Source: an uncultured virus (IMG/VR IMGVR_UViG_3300007963_000001) (taxonomy: Duplodnaviria; Heunggongvirae; Uroviricota; Caudoviricetes). Taken from it: a stretch of 20,937 bases of DNA. The stretch lies in the IMG/VR virus record IMGVR_UViG_3300007963_000001, one strand, 5' to 3'. Shown piece after piece: positions 1 to 7,616 of the stretch (position 1 is the stretch's first letter; each line of letters begins with the position of its first letter). Position numbers and translations under genes: made by a program. Under the pieces are notes generated by a model. It searched no databases. It was not told the DNA's origin and saw only the letters and a program-made list of their open reading frames with translations.

Positions 1-250
1 TCGCATCCCTTGCGTCAAGAGAATCGACAACTGCCCTCAGTTTATCCACATCGGGATTGGGTCGAGTCACTGGTGCTTGACCGAGTTTCTTGACCCAGTG
101 CATTTGCCCACTGGATAATTTGCCTTTGGAGTTGAACTGGTCGAGTAAGGATTGGGCGAATCCCAAGTCCTTTCCGGCTACCTGTCCAGCGTCTATCGCA
201 TCGTTTAGTGCTTGTATGTCGGGGTGTGAGTGTCCTGATACAGTCGTCAT
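1..250 (-). CDS. Partial hypothetical phage protein (runs off the left end)
   Basis: Not in the ORF track. Hand translation gives MTTVSGHSHPDIQALNDAIDAGQVAGKDLGFAQSLLDQFNSKGKLSSGQMHWVKKL..., open to base 1. A TATA-like TTGATAG lies ~26 nt upstream of the ATG. Confidence 0.75.
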   Translation of the reverse strand, partial: MTTVSGHSHPDIQALNDAIDAGQVAGKDLGFAQSLLDQFNSKGKLSSGQMHWVKKLGQAPVTRPNPDVDKLRAVVDSLDARDA

Positions 251-274
251 CAAGTGCCGTCAGGCGAGGCATTG

Positions 275-300
275 GCTATCAATGCTTTGTTTTCTGACTA
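275..300 (-). promoter_or_regulatory. Promoter: TAGTCAGA box, purine-rich BRE-like tract and TTGATAG
   Basis: The 16-mer CTTTGTTTTCTGACTA (285-300) is repeated exactly at 7185-7200. Both copies precede a TGATA box and a gene start. Confidence 0.6.
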
Positions 301-447
301 ACTCGGATTGTGTATCGAGTGGGCTGGATTCCGAAGTTGCAGTCATGCCTTCACCTGCCTGATGAGTGAGCATATTTTGGAATCCTGTGAGTAGCGAATT
401 GGGATGCACTTTCTCACGCCACAGTTCTCGCACAATCCGAGTTAGGA

Positions 448-930
448 TTACTCCGCAAATGGGTTGCGCTTACGCTCGGCCATCCTTGCCTCTCTCTCGA
501 CTCTTGCCTCTGCTCTGCGAGCATCGTCTGCTCTGCGCTTCTGCGCTCTATCCCACCTGACCTTGCCGACATCAACACAGGCATCGACAACAACCTGAAT
601 CACTGGGTCGTTTGGATTATCAAAGTGGATTGCCCATTGGAATCCACGCTTGGTTAAATCGACATCATCAATTCGGATATCATCAGCCGATACAGTTGGT
701 CTGATTATCGACCATGCATCTTCCTTAATCCAAATGGATGCACCACCACCTGCTGACCCATAGATTGCCGCGATTCTTTGGTATGAACCATCAAGGGAGA
801 TTGCAGTGTATTTGACTGCCCCAGCCCTCTTGTCATCACCCACACAATCATGTGCATGGAATGCGTTCATGATGGCTGTCTTTGTCATTGCCTTAATTTC
901 TGCTTTTGTGTATTCACTCATTGCTCTCAA
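448..930 (-). CDS. Hypothetical protein with a charged helical C-terminus (alternative start ATG 921)
   Basis: 160-aa ORF, TTGA overlap with the upstream gene, promoter motif at 946-959. Confidence 0.8.
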   Translation of the reverse strand: MRAMSEYTKAEIKAMTKTAIMNAFHAHDCVGDDKRAGAVKYTAISLDGSYQRIAAIYGSAGGGASIWIKEDAWSIIRPTVSADDIRIDDVDLTKRGFQWAIHFDNPNDPVIQVVVDACVDVGKVRWDRAQKRRADDARRAEARVEREARMAERKRNPFAE

Positions 931-1502
931 TCCTTCCCTGATATTCCCACCGTTATGAAGGAATAGGTTTCTGAGTAATTTCCATCATTGAATAATTTGC
1001 AACATTTGGTGCAAGCAGATTCAGAACCCAAACGCCGTTTTCGATACACCACCTGATTGCAATTTCGACATTTGTATTTCAGAAGTCGCCCTGCTCGATA
1101 TTCATGTTGCTGAATCTTCTTCACGAACCTCTTTCGATGAGTCAGATATTCCTCATATCTCCACCAGTCTTTTTCGACATCTCGGAACTCTCCACGATGA
1201 CCAACTTCTGCGCCCAAAGACAGGTGCAACAATTCATGATGCAATAGACCCTTGAGAAGCAAAGGATGAGCATAGTCAAAGGCGAGTTTGTGAATGGATA
1301 GAGTTGGTGGATTGAAGGACACCGATGCGAGTGTTCTCACTGTTCCTTTCTTGAGGTATCGAAGGCGAAGCCACTTCGTTCCATGAGGCAACCCACCGAA
1401 GATATCGTTTCTTTCGATTCGGAGTTCTCGATAAACTTCCCGAAGTCGAATCAAATCCTCAACAGAAATTGGATTGGTAAGTGTCGAACTCGACATCATC
1501 AT
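927..1502 (-). CDS. SprT-like zinc metalloprotease with a C-terminal zinc ribbon
   Basis: LLHHELLH (HExxH), then GHRGEF, then YKCRNC...CTKC. This is the SprT domain arrangement. Confidence 0.8.
   Translation of the reverse strand: MMMSSSTLTNPISVEDLIRLREVYRELRIERNDIFGGLPHGTKWLRLRYLKKGTVRTLASVSFNPPTLSIHKLAFDYAHPLLLKGLLHHELLHLSLGAEVGHRGEFRDVEKDWWRYEEYLTHRKRFVKKIQQHEYRAGRLLKYKCRNCNQVVYRKRRLGSESACTKCCKLFNDGNYSETYSFITVGISGKD
946..959 (-). promoter_or_regulatory. Conserved promoter motif TTCATAACGGTGGG (copy 1 of 3)
   Basis: Exact 14-mer also at 14311-14324 and 15377-15390, each upstream of a minus-strand start. Confidence 0.7.
1482..1495. repeat. 14-bp palindrome TGTCGAACTCGACA (dispersed site)
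   Basis: TGTCGA-NN-TCGACA also at 2761, 2996, 4331, 9029, 10457, 12247 and 15867. One-mismatch copy at 8512. Confidence 0.9.
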
Positions 1503-1696
1503 TCACCTCCATCTGAGATTTCCACGAAACTCTCGATTGCAAAAACTTCGATGTTTTCACCAACCCTTCGATATGCAAAAGTCAGACTTGGGTTGGCAAA
1601 CAGAATAATCTGCATTTGCCTTCCAAACTCAAGTGGGTTCATTGACGCTGGGAATGTCCACTGGGGGTATCTCACAATACGAGTGGAGAATCCCAC
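1499..1696 (-). CDS. Small hypothetical protein
   Basis: 65-aa ORF. Its 3' end carries the GGAGGTGA RBS and an ATGA overlap for the SprT-like gene. Confidence 0.55.
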   Translation of the reverse strand: MGFSTRIVRYPQWTFPASMNPLEFGRQMQIILFANPSLTFAYRRVGENIEVFAIESFVEISDGGE

Positions 1697-1705
1697 CTAT
1701 ATCAA

Positions 1706-2083
1706 CTACGAAATGAACCGGATTATCCCATCTGCAATGGCTGTTTTCAATTCAACCGTATCACAGATTCTTCCTTCCTTAGTTGCACCCACTGGAAGAA
1801 CCGCATAGAGCAGAGCATCTCCAAACACTTCCATCGTCAGATTTGTTTCGTTATCGACAGTGCCGTTGACCACAAATATGTAGTCAGCCGTGAATCCATT
1901 ATCGTTCTCAATTCTCTTGTCTATGACAGTGCCATTGAACCATTGACATTCACCATCTTCCCAAAAAGGAACTAAGCGGGCTGGCAATGGAGGCATGAGA
2001 GATGCCATAGTCAACATAACCACCGTCATGATAACACCAATTTTGCCGAAAGCAGAAGCAACAGTATTCCTCGACACAATCAC
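1706..2083 (-). CDS. Membrane-anchored or secreted protein with a beta-rich (possibly OB-like) domain
   Basis: N-terminal hydrophobic segment IGVIMTVVMLTMASL, then GTVIDKRIE...YIFVV. Several NxT sequons. CAATAACC box at 2098-2105. Confidence 0.7.
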   Translation of the reverse strand: MIVSRNTVASAFGKIGVIMTVVMLTMASLMPPLPARLVPFWEDGECQWFNGTVIDKRIENDNGFTADYIFVVNGTVDNETNLTMEVFGDALLYAVLPVGATKEGRICDTVELKTAIADGIIRFIS

Positions 2084-2121
2084 AGACGAGAATGTGTGGT
2101 TATTGTCTGAGTTGGTTTGGT

Positions 2122-2205
2122 GGGATGAGGGGGCTTATGAACGGGAACAACATACCCTGCAACCGACCCCCTCACCCCGTATCATTAAGATGTAATCCGG
2201 TTGCA
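2122..2205 (-). other. Candidate structured RNA (pseudoknot) in an intergenic region
   Basis: 2122-2133 pairs with 2167-2178 and 2158-2165 pairs with 2198-2205, interleaved. The A/C mismatches become G-U pairs on the minus strand. Confidence 0.4.
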
Positions 2206-2230
2206 AATTGAACTGGTTAGCCCACCTATA

Positions 2231-2473
2231 TCAACGATGTTGTAGGGTGAACCTGCGAGTGTTGAAGTCTGTGTAGGCATCATAGTCAACTAACCACTTC
2301 GATACATCCTCATCTCGATTCTTGACGGCCATGTTTCTAACCGATACGGAATAACCCATCACCTCAAACATTTGAGTCAGTTGAGCAACCAACTGTGGAG
2401 TTCTCTCCAAAGTCAGTAAATGGGTTCGATTGACGATGTTATCCGATACGAACCACATTTCGTTTTCAGGCAT
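2231..2473 (-). CDS. Hypothetical protein (MPENEMWFVSD...)
   Basis: ORF track 2231..2557; the internal ATG at 2473 is the more plausible start. Confidence 0.65.
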   Translation of the reverse strand: MPENEMWFVSDNIVNRTHLLTLERTPQLVAQLTQMFEVMGYSVSVRNMAVKNRDEDVSKWLVDYDAYTDFNTRRFTLQHR

Positions 2474-2556
2474 CTCAACGAGCAAGAAGCAATCAACCAC
2501 AAAACTCCGAATTATGATGGGTTTTTCACATAATCGTTCCGAATCTGAATAAAACA

Positions 2557-2648
2557 CCTCAGAGAGCGTTCTTGTGTCCAGTGGTAGGTATTGACCTCCA
2601 AACGGAAAGACGCGCTCTATGAGGCTCTATTTGCACAAATCTGACTAT
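2557..2648. repeat. ~90-bp palindromic element, copy A
   Basis: Core TCCAGTGGTAGGTATTGACC (2577-2596) is the exact reverse complement of 10262-10281. Flanks align colinearly. Internal arms CCTCAGAGAGCG and CGCTCTATGAGG. Confidence 0.8.
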
Positions 2649-2788
2649 TTCCGTTCTCATACGACATTCGGGGATATCCGAGTGGAATTGAGTTCCCAAT
2701 ATCACTAATGGAACTGAGAGTATATGAACTTCGCAAAAATCCTGAAAGTCGCTTTTTGGGTGTCGAACTCGACATCGACTTTGATTGT

Positions 2789-2990
2789 GAGATTACAACT
2801 GGTGACGACAATGTTGCTATCGGAGAATAAGCGGGATGAAATCACAACTGGAAATGAAAACATCGCTATCGGGAATTAAGCAGTTCAGACTACGAGTGGT
2901 TCTAACAACTGGAGATTACAATGTCGCTATTGGTCAAGAAGTAGTTTGAGATTCCAACTGGAGATTACAATGTCGGGATGGGGAAGGAAT
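2789..2990 (+). pseudogene. Silent array of four tail-fibre repeat fragments
   Basis: Units translate as ITTGDDNVAIGE*, ITTGNENIAIGN*, LTTGDYNVAIGQ and IPTGDYNVGMGK. Spacing is 49/61/49 nt, so they are out of frame. Bracketed by palindromes at 2761-2774 and 2996-3009. Confidence 0.75.
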
Positions 2991-3016
2991 CGAGGTGTCG
3001 AACTCGACAGGGAACA

Positions 3017-3337
3017 TCATGATTTTTTCTTGGATTTTTTCTGATTCTTTTTCTCAGGAATCGCCCATTCTCCTTTCATCGGTTTTTCCATCTTCAACCA
3101 ATAGTCGATATTCTGTTTTGATGCCCACTTCAACGAGAGCGACAAATCGACATTTCTCGATGTGCAATCACGGTGGAGTTTCTTCCAAAACTTCTCGGAC
3201 TTCCGAGCCTTCCTTAGAAGTCGCTCAAGATTCCTGATTCTGTCCTTGCACTGAGGACAGCATTGATTCTGTTTGGCCGATGATTTCGACAATTCTTCTC
3301 GTTCCTTCTCGGAAGGATTTCTTATTCCATCGGTCAT
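3017..3337 (-). CDS. Basic hypothetical protein (CPQC, Lys-rich tail)
   Basis: 106-aa ORF overlapping the upstream gene by 113 nt. Start uncertain. Confidence 0.45.
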   Translation of the reverse strand: MTDGIRNPSEKEREELSKSSAKQNQCCPQCKDRIRNLERLLRKARKSEKFWKKLHRDCTSRNVDLSLSLKWASKQNIDYWLKMEKPMKGEWAIPEKKNQKKSKKKS

Positions 3338-4082
3338 AGGTAGCCTCTATGTTCAGGTCGTATCTGAGTTGGAGCATAATCCTTGTCCATTCTCCGACCT
3401 TAGACATGACTGTTTGCTCGCTTTGGTGGACTACGATTGGTGGAAGGTCATCATACCTCACACCAGTTGGTTCTTTGAGTTCGCCCCAGTCATCTCGGCG
3501 TTCTCTGACCACTGTTGGGAACGCAGGTCTTTCGACCAACATCCAATCTTGCTTATGCTCCGCAAAGGGAACGAAATAGTGCTTCTCCCAAACCATGAAT
3601 GGCGGAACTGGACAGAGCCGTTCCCGATTGAATTGACCAGCAGTCACATCGACAATGAAGAACTCCGTTTCGACTACCACATGACCTTGATACCCACCCT
3701 CCTTCATACTGACCGTATCGTGTCCACACTCGGTCACATAGGGTGCAGGGCATCCCCTTGATTCAAGGTCGTCTAATTGAGCCTCGACTTCATCAGTCAA
3801 CTCATCTCCCCCATTCCAATTTCCAACAACGACCTTGCCCATCTCGTTCCATAGGAAAACATCGGAACAGACGAGTTTGGAATTGAGATTGTGATGCTTC
3901 TTCAACAGCATCTTGAACACCTGAGATTCCTGAATGCAAGAACCCACATTTGCATGGCCTGACATTTGGTGATAATTGAACAGAGATTGGAACACATCAT
4001 TGATGGCTAATTTCTCATTCTCCTTCCTCTTGAAAGTGAGTTTCTTCTGTTTGAAATTAGCCATGATATTCAACTCCATCAA
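3225..4082 (-). CDS. Transglutaminase/papain-like Cys-His-Asp protein
   Basis: GSCIQES ... GHVVVE ... IVDVTAGQF matches the C-H-D triad pattern. ATGA-coupled to the upstream gene. Confidence 0.55.
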   Translation of the reverse strand: MMELNIMANFKQKKLTFKRKENEKLAINDVFQSLFNYHQMSGHANVGSCIQESQVFKMLLKKHHNLNSKLVCSDVFLWNEMGKVVVGNWNGGDELTDEVEAQLDDLESRGCPAPYVTECGHDTVSMKEGGYQGHVVVETEFFIVDVTAGQFNRERLCPVPPFMVWEKHYFVPFAEHKQDWMLVERPAFPTVVRERRDDWGELKEPTGVRYDDLPPIVVHQSEQTVMSKVGEWTRIMLQLRYDLNIEATYDRWNKKSFREGTRRIVEIIGQTESMLSSVQGQNQES

Positions 4083-4744
4083 CAGTGGTAGTTATTGCAG
4101 TTCAAACAGATGGCAATTTGCATTCTCTCTGAACCAACCCAACCCCATCTCCAAGACAAAACCTTGCCTTGATTTGAGGCGCAATAACATCTCATATCCA
4201 AGATGCCTTTTTGCAACACGATTGGAGTGGTATTCTGAAATCTGTTCCCCGTTGGAAGAAATGATTCTCCATCGAGATGAGTTTCTCTGAATTGGTTGTG
4301 GTTTCGGATTGGTTGGAGTGGTTTAGGGCGTGTCGAGGTCGACAGGTGAGAATCAAACAAATCATCGAATCCATCGTAGCCCAAAACGGATTGAACATCT
4401 GACATGAAATCGAAGAAAATGTGCATCTCAGGAATCGCTTCTGTGTAGTGAAGGAAACAATTCTTCCGACTTGATTTTTTGATTACTGTCGATTGCGCTT
4501 TCCATGCACGATATAGAGCATGGGTATTGATGATGTTTTTCGACTTAGTTCCAGTTGGAACATTGGTCTTGATTTGACTTGCTTGAGAACCCAATGGGGA
4601 AGTAGCCCCACTTTCTCTTTTGGAAACCCATCTTGGTGTCTGTGGAGTCTTGAAATCAGGGTTGTTTCTATTCGCCCAAGCGAAGTCCAACCATTCTTCC
4701 ATCTGCAACTGGAATTGGGTTTGTGCTTGCTGAGTCATACTCAT
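4079..4744 (-). CDS. Hypothetical protein with a Cys-containing C-terminus
   Basis: Long ORF; ATG 4744 overlaps the upstream stop (ATGA). Confidence 0.75.
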   Translation of the reverse strand: MSMTQQAQTQFQLQMEEWLDFAWANRNNPDFKTPQTPRWVSKRESGATSPLGSQASQIKTNVPTGTKSKNIINTHALYRAWKAQSTVIKKSSRKNCFLHYTEAIPEMHIFFDFMSDVQSVLGYDGFDDLFDSHLSTSTRPKPLQPIRNHNQFRETHLDGESFLPTGNRFQNTTPIVLQKGILDMRCYCASNQGKVLSWRWGWVGSERMQIAICLNCNNYHC

Positions 4745-5025
4745 TCCAATTCCTCCCCAAACCCCATTGATGAGATACATAATTTTTTGACGCTGGCCGC
4801 TTCTTGCCGAGTGTGTTGGATGCTTCGATTATGACCACAAGTCCAATGCAATATCGCACTTAGACAATGCCATGCATTCGGCCTTGTGTTAATCACCACC
4901 ACAACTGTCCGGTCAACATCACCACAAGTGGGGCAATGTCGAGGCGAGCGAGGCCAAGCGGAATCACCAGTTTTTCCTGTAAGTTTGAACACGGTTTTAT
5001 TTCGTGAAATATCGGGATTGCTCAT
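4741..5025 (-). CDS. Zinc-ribbon-like protein
   Basis: CPTC plus further Cys/His, ATGA-coupled on both sides. Confidence 0.7.
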   Translation of the reverse strand: MSNPDISRNKTVFKLTGKTGDSAWPRSPRHCPTCGDVDRTVVVVINTRPNAWHCLSAILHWTCGHNRSIQHTRQEAASVKKLCISSMGFGEELE

Positions 5026-5378
5026 TCTTCCTCGACCCCCGCAAAAAATGGATTGTCATAGACCCGAACATCATCCCAAATAATATCCTGAGATGGTATT
5101 CCATCAGGGCTGACGAATGATGCCGTGTCGTCATCGACACCCATCATCTTCGTGAGTATCGGAGAGTGGTCGCAACCGAGTTCCATCACAGACGAATCTC
5201 GCTGGAATGGAAGAACCATTATCTTCTTCGATTGAGGTCTTGTGAAGCAAATCCACTTGGCTGATGTGTTCATGTCAGTTGAGCAATAAACACCGCCCCA
5301 ACTGCGCCTGATTCCCTCTCTCGTAATCGAGAAGAAGTTCTCGTATGGTGTGGCGTGATAGTAGGTAGTCAGAGTCAT
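5022..5378 (-). CDS. ADP-ribosyltransferase-fold protein (Tpt1/KptA NAD-binding-domain-like)
   Basis: YYHATPYENFFSITREGI...VYCST matches the HxT..N..SI..EG...VY.S signature. No N-terminal RNA-binding lobe. Confidence 0.65.
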   Translation of the reverse strand: MTLTTYYHATPYENFFSITREGIRRSWGGVYCSTDMNTSAKWICFTRPQSKKIMVLPFQRDSSVMELGCDHSPILTKMMGVDDDTASFVSPDGIPSQDIIWDDVRVYDNPFFAGVEEE

Positions 5379-5761
5379 CGAACCACCACCACATCATTCC
5401 CCATCAGTTGAGTCACCAACACTCCCTTAGATGGGTCGTCATTGTCCTTGTTGTTTGGATAGTAGTAAATTGGAGAACCCAATATCCCATGTCTTACAAG
5501 ACGCTCTCCACCTGCGAAATAGACAATCTTCCAGCCCGACTTCTGCCTCACTATTTTCGTTATGACACTCTTGAAAGCGGGGTATCTATGGTAGTCGTCT
5601 AAATCGAAATCAGCGTGTGAAGATTCGGGGTATCGAGCAATTCTGTATTCACAGTAATTTTTGTATTCCGTCAAATCTCTTGTCCACTTTGAAGGTCTGT
5701 GGATTTTCATTCTGTCAAAGAAGATTTTCTGTTCCCAATTTATGTCCTTCTGAATACTCAT
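5375..5761 (-). CDS. Hypothetical protein
   Basis: 128-aa ORF, ATGA-coupled. Confidence 0.75.
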   Translation of the reverse strand: MSIQKDINWEQKIFFDRMKIHRPSKWTRDLTEYKNYCEYRIARYPESSHADFDLDDYHRYPAFKSVITKIVRQKSGWKIVYFAGGERLVRHGILGSPIYYYPNNKDNDDPSKGVLVTQLMGNDVVVVR

Positions 5762-5952
5762 TCAATCGCCTCCAGTATCGAGATTTCCTTATCCCGATTA
5801 CTACCCTTCATCTTGAGTGTAAAGCCGCAATCGCGGCACACGAATCTTACCACCAACACAGACTTACTTCCGCTTCCCATGTGGCCTCTGACGAATACCT
5901 CCACACTGTTCGGGTCGTGTTCAAACTCATGGACACCTATCTTACATCCCAT
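5758..5952 (-). CDS. Small zinc-binding protein
   Basis: C...H and CRDC motifs, coupled to neighbours. Confidence 0.7.
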   Translation of the reverse strand: MGCKIGVHEFEHDPNSVEVFVRGHMGSGSKSVLVVRFVCRDCGFTLKMKGSNRDKEISILEAIE

Positions 5953-6320
5953 CAGCCAACCACCTGCCCGTCAATTGAGAGTATCTTTGATTGCGACCAT
6001 GTGCGCCCCATGTCCAGTAAATTACTCGCATGGATTCGACTCAGACCGCAAGTCCGGCAATGGCTGTATGATTGTCCTGACAACCTCATTCCATGAACCG
6101 TGTCGCCCTTCCTGAGATAGACCCCACCATCGTATCTATTGTCAAAGTATTTCGCACCGAGAACCCACTTTCCGAGATTCCTCACACAACACTCGCCTAC
6201 CTCGCTCGTATGGTATCGTGGAGAGAAGTCCTTGTAGTCAGGATAGAGTTCCTTCCCAGTCTGAATGGCGCGAGCATCGACAAGAGCCTCTCTGATTTGA
6301 TTTTCAGTCATCCTACTCAT
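5952..6320 (-). CDS. Hypothetical protein (CC...CRTC)
   Basis: ATG 6320 overlaps the upstream stop; GGAGG upstream. Confidence 0.75.
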   Translation of the reverse strand: MSRMTENQIREALVDARAIQTGKELYPDYKDFSPRYHTSEVGECCVRNLGKWVLGAKYFDNRYDGGVYLRKGDTVHGMRLSGQSYSHCRTCGLSRIHASNLLDMGRTWSQSKILSIDGQVVG

Positions 6321-6604
6321 TGCAACAACCTCCATACCTTGTAGTCATAGACAGAATCAGGATTGGGTTTTGGGGCGCAAGTATTGACGCGGTAGCCATT
6401 GCTCACAGAGGGTGCATTGTAGCAAACCGAGAACTCCCCTACGCCAAACTTTGCTGACTTCCCAAATGGACTCGGTTTCTTTGGATTCTTCGCGGCAGGT
6501 AGCCCACAGTCGGGGCAGATGTTATTCTCTTGCATCCAATCATGAATCATGACTGGAATAATACCGTTGTCTGATGGTTTCGATAATGGATTTGACAAAC
6601 TCAT
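6317..6604 (-). CDS. Zinc-finger-like protein (CPDC)
   Basis: 95-aa ORF, GGGGTGA RBS, ATGA overlap. Confidence 0.7.
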   Translation of the reverse strand: MSLSNPLSKPSDNGIIPVMIHDWMQENNICPDCGLPAAKNPKKPSPFGKSAKFGVGEFSVCYNAPSVSNGYRVNTCAPKPNPDSVYDYKVWRLLQ

Positions 6605-6756
6605 TCACTCACCCCACAATCAAGAATCGTAGCCTTAGTGAATCTGTTGAATATCAAGCCACAACGCCTACAATCCCGCCCCCGATTGAACCATTTGACT
6701 GTTCGTGGATTGTCGCATCGTATGCAACCAACCCAAAGAGAACCACCAAGACTCAT
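6601..6756 (-). CDS. 51-aa CxxC/CxxC zinc-ribbon micro-protein (paralog of 13968-14138)
   Basis: Not in track. MSLGGSLWVGCIRCDNPRTVKWFNRGRDCRRCGLIFNRFTKATILDCGVSE. GAGGTGA RBS, ATGA overlaps. Confidence 0.8.
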   Translation of the reverse strand: MSLGGSLWVGCIRCDNPRTVKWFNRGRDCRRCGLIFNRFTKATILDCGVSE

Positions 6757-6911
6757 TCAATCACCTCTCTCTCCCCACATCTCAAACATACAATAACATT
6801 TGAGGCAATATGAAATCCTTGCATATTCCACAACTCCTTCCAAGTTGCTACCCTATTACAGCAACCATACCTACCATTCCTAACAGGTGCGTTTTGATTT
6901 CTGATATACAT
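6753..6911 (-). CDS. 52-aa Cys-containing micro-protein
   Basis: Not in track. MYIRNQNAPVRNGRYGCCNRVATWKELWNMQGFHIASNVIVCLRCGEREVIE. GGTGA RBS. Confidence 0.7.
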   Translation of the reverse strand: MYIRNQNAPVRNGRYGCCNRVATWKELWNMQGFHIASNVIVCLRCGEREVIE

Positions 6912-7019
6912 TCACTCACCACCCGACTTCTGTTTGTTGTATTCCTGTATCACTTCAAGGTGGTTTTCGACCAGCCAAATTATCAATTTCGCATAGTCCT
7001 TTGCAATTTGATTACTCAT
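6912..7019 (-). CDS. 35-aa micro-protein
   Basis: Not in track. MSNQIAKDYAKLIIWLVENHLEVIQEYNKQKSGGE. Abuts both neighbours (TGA-ATG). Confidence 0.65.
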   Translation of the reverse strand: MSNQIAKDYAKLIIWLVENHLEVIQEYNKQKSGGE

Positions 7020-7115
7020 TCAGTCCACCACCCAAGCGACTATCTCGCCGCAATACCACACATTGCCTTCTTCGTCTGTCCATACATCTTCAATTCCTGT
7101 TGTTTCTGTTGTCAT
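7020..7115 (-). CDS. 31-aa acidic micro-protein
   Basis: Not in track. MTTETTGIEDVWTDEEGNVWYCGEIVAWVVD. GAGGTGA RBS; first gene after the 7175-7200 promoter. Confidence 0.65.
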   Translation of the reverse strand: MTTETTGIEDVWTDEEGNVWYCGEIVAWVVD

Positions 7116-7174
7116 TTTCTTCACCTCTATTCGGTTCGCCGTTCCATTCGGCAGACGGTGCGAGGAAGTAGTTG

Positions 7175-7200
7175 CTTATCACTCCTTTGTTTTCTGACTA
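7175..7200 (-). promoter_or_regulatory. Promoter TAGTCAGA-AAACAAAGGA-GTGATAAG
   Basis: 16-bp identity with 285-300. Heads the tightly coupled gene chain running from 7115 down to ~3017. Confidence 0.6.
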
Positions 7201-7461
7201 TTGGAAATCTCTCAATACAATCCTTTTCCTTTTTGGGATTGGGGCAGGTTCGACTTCTTCCTTTTTGGACTCAGACAAACTTTGCCTGACGGCTTCTTTG
7301 TCTATCGACTTCGACAGGGGAAGCAGAACCCTTCGTCTGTATTCCTCTTGCCATGCTTTTTGCATACAGTCCTCACAGATTCGGGATGTTTCCAAATCGA
7401 CATTTTCCACTTGCTCTCCGCAAAGAGTAGTGTCGCCAATTCGGAGATGGACTCGACTCAT
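7198..7461 (-). CDS. Zinc-binding protein (H...CG...CEDC)
   Basis: ATG 7461 overlaps the upstream stop. Confidence 0.7.
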   Translation of the reverse strand: MSRVHLRIGDTTLCGEQVENVDLETSRICEDCMQKAWQEEYRRRVLLPLSKSIDKEAVRQSLSESKKEEVEPAPIPKRKRIVLRDFQ

Positions 7462-7616
7462 GCATTCCACCCTTGCTTCCTGTATTTCTCCCAACCTTCC
7501 AAGACATCTCTAAGACGAATCCATTTCCGGCAAGATGGTTTGGTGTGAATAGCATAATGAAAATCAGTCAAAGTCCATTCAGACTTATCACATTCACAAT
7601 ACTCACTTTCACTCAT
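7458..7616 (-). CDS. 52-aa micro-protein
   Basis: Not in track. MSESEYCECDKSEWTLTDFHYAIHTKPSCRKWIRLRDVLEGWEKYRKQGWNA. GAGGTGA RBS, ATGA at both ends. Confidence 0.7.
   Translation of the reverse strand: MSESEYCECDKSEWTLTDFHYAIHTKPSCRKWIRLRDVLEGWEKYRKQGWNA

Noticed and set aside
260..346. In-frame TGA readthrough joining a 28-aa ORF to the 1-250 gene
   Set aside because: The interval holds a repeated promoter motif at leaderless spacing from ATG 250, which explains an independent start. TGA is the normal stop elsewhere in the window.
2122..2205. HDV-like or hammerhead ribozyme
   Set aside because: There is no P3/L3 element and no CUGANGA/GAAA core. It is kept only as a generic pseudoknot candidate.
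2789..2990. Possible mini-CRISPR array
   Set aside because: The repeats are degenerate and vary like codons, gaps are short and irregular, and the units translate to the fibre motif. No cas genes are present.
2789..2990. Diversity-generating retroelement template repeat
   Set aside because: No reverse transcriptase is in the window, and differences from the fibre gene are not confined to adenines.
6574..7548. Plus-strand ORFs of 79-159 aa
   Set aside because: They lie opposite a tiled minus-strand chain with RBSs and have no start signals of their own.
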